From IMG/VR virus record IMGVR_UViG_3300021254_000026, positions 32,001-96,000 of that record: 64,000 nt of DNA. One strand, 5' to 3'. The notes below the pieces were generated by a model, which searched no databases, was not told where the DNA came from, and saw only the letters and a list, made by a program, of their open reading frames with translations. Positions 59,305-64,000 of the stretch are shown here, piece by piece (position 1 is the stretch's first letter; every line of letters starts with the position of its first letter). Made by a program: the position numbers and the translations under genes. The DNA is from a virus. Taxonomy: Duplodnaviria; Caudoviricetes.

Positions 59305-59622
59305 TAATGATAATTATCCTCCTATGATGCGAAGTGAATATGAAAATGCTCCGTGGAATGAAAAAGCAGTTCTTGGTGTAGCAACAGTTTATTGTTCATA
59401 TAGTAAATCTGTTCCAATAATGAGTGACGTAAATTTTAAAGAAAGGTATTATACAATCCCTGAATTATTAGAGGAATTGAGAACTATGTGTGAAGAAAAA
59501 TTAAAGAATGCAGATCTTAATAATTCTGAACGTAAACATTATCAACGAATTGCAGATAATTGTAAAGGTTGGATTGAAGATGAATTTTGTGATGATTTTG
59601 AAGAAGAACAAAACGATTTGGT

Positions 59623-60291
59623 ATGAAAATTTGTGCAATTAGTGATACTCATGGGCAACATAGAAATCTTAAAATAGAACCTGCTGATATTCTGTGTATT
59701 GCTGGAGATATATCTCCTTTAAGAATTCAAGGTAGAAAGTCAGAAATGTTAAATTGGTTAAAAGAAGATTTTTTACCTTGGTGTGAAGAACTTCCTGTGA
59801 ATAAAGTATTTGTGGTGTTCGGCAACCATGAATTAGCGGTTAGTCACATGGAAGAAGAAGTTTTAAATCTTGTTAATTTAGAATCTAAAGTAACATTCTT
59901 AATTAATAGTGGAGTTGAATATAAAGGTTATAAAATATGGGGAAGTCCATTATCCAATAAATTTGGAAATTGGGCATATATGAATCCAGAATCAGAACAA
60001 GTTGAGATATTTAAAACAATGCCTGATAACGTAGATATTCTTATTGTTCACGGGCCTCCTTATAATGCTTGTGATATATGTTTACAACATCCGTATGGAA
60101 ATGTCAATCATTTAGGAAATCCAGCTTTAACGATAGTTATAGAACAGAAGAAACCCAAAGTTACTTTATGTGGACATTTACATACTGGACAAAGACATGA
60201 AAAATTATATGGAGAATATGATGTATATAATGTGTCAGTATTAAATGAACAATATGAAATTTGGAGAGAACCTTTATATTTAGAAATATGA
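59623..60291 (+). CDS. Metallophosphoesterase
   Basis: SDTH, AGD, GNHE, HGPP, GHLH. Confidence 0.9.
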   Translation: MKICAISDTHGQHRNLKIEPADILCIAGDISPLRIQGRKSEMLNWLKEDFLPWCEELPVNKVFVVFGNHELAVSHMEEEVLNLVNLESKVTFLINSGVEYKGYKIWGSPLSNKFGNWAYMNPESEQVEIFKTMPDNVDILIVHGPPYNACDICLQHPYGNVNHLGNPALTIVIEQKKPKVTLCGHLHTGQRHEKLYGEYDVYNVSVLNEQYEIWREPLYLEI

Positions 60292-60860
60292 TTACTTTAG
60301 TAATTTGCAATTGTCAAAGTGATTTTATAGCAGGAACTATGTGTAAAAAATCAACTAAAAGTATTCTTCCTGTTATAAAAACATTTATAAAAGAAAATAA
60401 AAATAATATCGATAAAATAATATTTACAATAGACTGGCATCCTTATAATCATTGTTCTTTTAAAAAGAATGGAGGGAATTTACCTATACATTGTGTACAA
60501 GATACTCCTGGAGCTTGTATAGAACCCAAATTATTAAAATATATACAATCTTTAAACATAAATTATGATGTCGATAGACTTGGAATTTATGAAGATTTAG
60601 AAGAACACGGGGCATTTAAAGATATATTATCGACAAATGATATATTAGGAAAACGATATTATTTTGACAACATTTTAGTTAATCCCGATTCAGATATTGT
60701 ATTATGTGGGATAAACGAAAATGATAGTATTAGAGAAACAATAAATAATTTAAAAATTAAATCTATATATCCAAAAATTTTAGTTTCTGGAATTACTTCA
60801 TTAGAAAATGAAGAAAAATTATATAAATTTATAAAAGAAAATGGAATAGAAAAAATATAA
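60288..60860 (+). CDS. Nicotinamidase/isochorismatase-fold protein, catalytic triad apparently lost
   Basis: DWHP..HCSF and HCVQDTPGA retained; catalytic D, K, C positions read N, L, S. Confidence 0.8.
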   Translation: MITLVICNCQSDFIAGTMCKKSTKSILPVIKTFIKENKNNIDKIIFTIDWHPYNHCSFKKNGGNLPIHCVQDTPGACIEPKLLKYIQSLNINYDVDRLGIYEDLEEHGAFKDILSTNDILGKRYYFDNILVNPDSDIVLCGINENDSIRETINNLKIKSIYPKILVSGITSLENEEKLYKFIKENGIEKI

Positions 60861-60865
60861 ACAGA

Positions 60866-60909
60866 AACCCCGATTTACCATTTATTTGGTAGGTCGGGGT
60901 TATTTTTTT
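60866..60909 (+). terminator. Rho-independent terminator
   Basis: AACCCCGATTTACC/GGTAGGTCGGGGTT + T-run. Confidence 0.85.
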
Positions 60910-61007
60910 CTACAATCGTTTGAAAATTTTGAGATGAACATTTTATCGCTAAACATATTTAATGCGATTGTAGTTAATTCTAGATAAGAGTATAACAAAA
61001 TTTTAAT

Positions 61008-61268
61008 ATGAATTATTGGAATAAAATTTCAGCAATTTTAATGGACACAAATTCTGAAAATAAATTGAATACAGATATACTTCTTGAGACAAGTGAAGAA
61101 CAAGGACTTTCCACATTAGAAATGTTACATATTGATAAATTGTGGCAAGAACCTAGTTCTGGAGAAATAGGATATACATTACAAGGATGTGATGAAGAAT
61201 TTGATTTATCAGAATTGGAAGAATGACAATTAGCAGATATTTATGAGCAATTGGTTTATTTATTATAA
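61008..61268 (+). CDS. Hypothetical protein with in-frame TGA at 61224
   Basis: DLSELEE-(TGA)-QLADIYEQLVYLL-TAA, then next ATG at 61271. Confidence 0.55.
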
Positions 61269-61387
61269 AAATGAATACAATAGATTTTATTGAAAAATAT
61301 TGTAAAATTAAAATCAAAAATTCGGATAAAATTGAAAATATAAAATTAAAAAATTATCAAAAAGAATTTATTAAGTATTTAGAAAAC

Positions 61388-61434
61388 AAAAAGGGAAGAT
61401 TAACCAGAAACGGTTAGTCTTCCCTTATTTTTTT
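61388..61434. terminator. Bidirectional terminator between convergent transcription units
   Basis: AAGGGAAGATTAACC/GGTTAGTCTTCCCTT flanked by A- and T-runs. Confidence 0.85.
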
Positions 61435-64000
61435 ATTCTTCTTTTCCGTTATCTCCAATTTTTCTTCCCAAAGTTGATAATTTTATATAATCCCACATAG
61501 GTTTAGTTGCATTAGTAGAACCATTAGATTTAATTAAGAAATCATATAAGTCTTGTTTTCCAGTTCCAACTTTTATTAAATTCTAAGCAAGTCTATCTGT
61601 ACTTTGAATTGCGAATGGTGTCCAGTCTTTGCCTCTACCAAATATAGATTCTATAAAATTAGCATCTAATGTTGAAGCTTTAAGTATTTGAGTACCTCCA
61701 CTTAAAATAGTATTAGTAAATGCTTTACTAACAGAATCATTTCCAGATGCTTTAACATAATCTTTAACTTGAGTTTCTACTGAACCAAGAAGCAAGTTTC
61801 CAATAAGTAACCATATTAATAAATCAGAAATAAGCTATCTCATATTAGAACTATATAATCTTCTAATTTGAGGATCAATCTCTTCATTGTTAAATAAATC
61901 CTAAATAGCTACTATTCCAGATTTATTTGTCATATCAGATTTTCCAGCAAATGCTTTTATTAATTCAATTCCAGTAAGAAAAATTCCTTCCTGTGGTCTT
62001 CCTTTCCATACTTGAAGTGGAACTCCAGTATTTTCAGTAGTAGGAATTAAATCTCCGTCTTCATCCTCTTTCCAATAATAAAACTAACCATTCTCTTCAT
62101 ATTGAGACCAATCACCTTCTTGAGTAAAAGAACGGGTTTGAGCATATTGGTTTTTCTTAGCAGACCAATATGTATTCATCTGCATTAACATAGAGCCAAC
62201 TAAACTGGAATGAATCATAGATTTCTTTTCATGGGCATAATATCCGTATATTCTATCGGATAAAGCCTTCATTCCTTCTGACTATTGATTAGTATACGCT
62301 TTAGGAAGAGATTGAATATTTTTTAAATCTAATTTAAATAACGAACCATCCTCATTTCTTGCTCCTTCTTGCTCTAACTACTATCCCATAGTTATATAAA
62401 GAGACTTCTATCGGTTATATTTTTCTAAGTTAGATTTATCCCCCTTAGCAAAGACATCAAATCGTTTATCTTTAGTCCAATCATAAATAAGTTTACCATC
62501 AACCATTTTATGTGCATCAAGACTTCCATCTTTATACATTTGTGCATAGAAAATAGTCATACGGTTGTAATAGTCAGGTCTAGAAGCAAACCTAAATCCA
62601 ACATTCCAGAAATGATAAAGAAGTCCGGTATTATCAGTTTTAATTCTATCAATATAGCTATTAGCATCCATGTCATTAAATCCGTATTGTTGATTTAATA
62701 ATTCTCCCATTGTAAAATTATTTCCGAAATGTGCTAAATCAGACATTGCCAGTTTCCAACCATTTAATAATCCTTCCTTAGTAAATGGAGTTCCTTCTTC
62801 TGGAGTATTTCTAAAATATAATTGACAATCCTTCCATATTCCATCTAAGAACTAATACCATTGTCTTGGATTAAATGCTAAAGCTAATTTAGATGCAGTT
62901 GACATCATAGTTTTTGTTACATCAGCTGCAACCTATTCTAGTCCATCTTTTCTATTTTCAACAGGTTGATTATGTATTCTTGTTTTAACATACTTTAAAA
63001 TATATTCCAAGTCATTTTGAAATTTATCATTAAGAATAGCTCCTTGAGCATTTAAATTGAGAGTAAGTGCTCTAAGAACCGGGAATATATTATTTAATTC
63101 GTCGGACATTTTATAAGCTGAAGTATGTTTTAGCAGAAGAGTTTCAACATTATGTTCAAAGTAGGATTTTCCACCTAGTGCTTCACTACTTAAAAGTTGT
63201 TGACGATATTCATCGTTATCTTCAGAAGCATCAAATGAATTAATTGCTTCCCACATATCTTCATTCTCAATCCTTTCCTATTGAGCATCATTAAGAAGAT
63301 TAGTAGCAGCTTTATCAAATCTTTCTTTTAATCTAGAAGGAGATAACATTGCAAATCTACTTCTAATAAAATTCATCCATCCACCTCTAACAGCAATTTC
63401 AGAAGTTAAGTCTCCTTTAACAAGAGGGACTCTTAAATACTTAGCAGGATTAGATTTTATTAAATTCTCAATGTTATTAGGATCAAAATTCTTTATACGA
63501 TTATCATTAATCTTTAATAAAGCAAATTTTAAGAAATCTCTTTCTTCGTTAGAAAGATTAACATTATTATCCCAAGGATTAACAAACATTAAGTCTTCAC
63601 TATCCTAATCAAACATATTCTAATAAAGAGAAGAAACTTGGTTTCCAACTATATATTGTGAAATTAATCCAAATCCTTTAGCTTTCTTTAGAGCTTCAAC
63701 TTTCTATCTTAATTCTTGATTAAAAGCTATAACATTATCTCTAACATTCTAATAAGCTTTTGTTACCTAATCAGTAAATTCATTAAGGGTTTTACTCTAA
63801 AGTGTTCCAGGATTATCAATTTCTGTACCTGAGATTCCTCCAGCTAATGTAAATTTAGCATGGTCTTCAATCTATTGTAAAAGTTTTACTCCAGATAATT
63901 GAGATATCGCAAATAGAATATCTTGGTGTAATTTATATTCTGGATTGTTTTCCTCGTTTTGAATTGTCCCCTTTTCTTGTTTTAATTGAGGATAAGATTC
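61433..64000 (-). CDS. C-terminal 855 aa of a giant TAG-recoded late protein (probable virion cargo/ejection protein), truncated by the window edge
   Basis: One frame joins five ORF-track fragments; 18 in-frame TAG and no TGA/TAA until TAA at 61433-61435. Confidence 0.88.

Overview
AT-rich segment of a large lytic Bacteroidota (likely Prevotella-type) phage, most consistent with a crAss-like (Crassvirales) virus. Layout: (1) 1-13.4 kb, densely packed + strand early/accessory genes, including a GH16-like hydrolase, GMP reductase/IMPDH, and a NAMPT-like plus PRPP-synthetase-like pair (NARP1-type NAD+ rebuilding). (2) 13.5-21.9 kb, an island whose genes are intact only if TAG is read as a sense codon (Gln). 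It also holds several RNAs: a 131-nt tRNA-like RNA, a ~226-nt rod-like RNA, a compact circularly permuted two-piece tmRNA, tRNA-Thr(UGU) and tRNA-Gly(UCC). (3) 21.9-61.3 kb, a mostly standard-code replication and nucleotide-metabolism block: RNase H, SF2 and DnaB-like helicases, AAA ATPase and family B DNA polymerase (each split by a group I intron carrying a GIY-YIG endonuclease), primase, RtcB, resolvase, GroEL, class II RNR, dUTPase, ligase, sigma70 factor, ThyX, and an apparently catalytically dead nicotinamidase homologue. (4) 61.4-64 kb, the C-terminal part of a giant - strand late gene with 18 in-frame TAGs. No suppressor tRNA was seen in the window. All calls come from manual reading and motif recognition; no searches were run.
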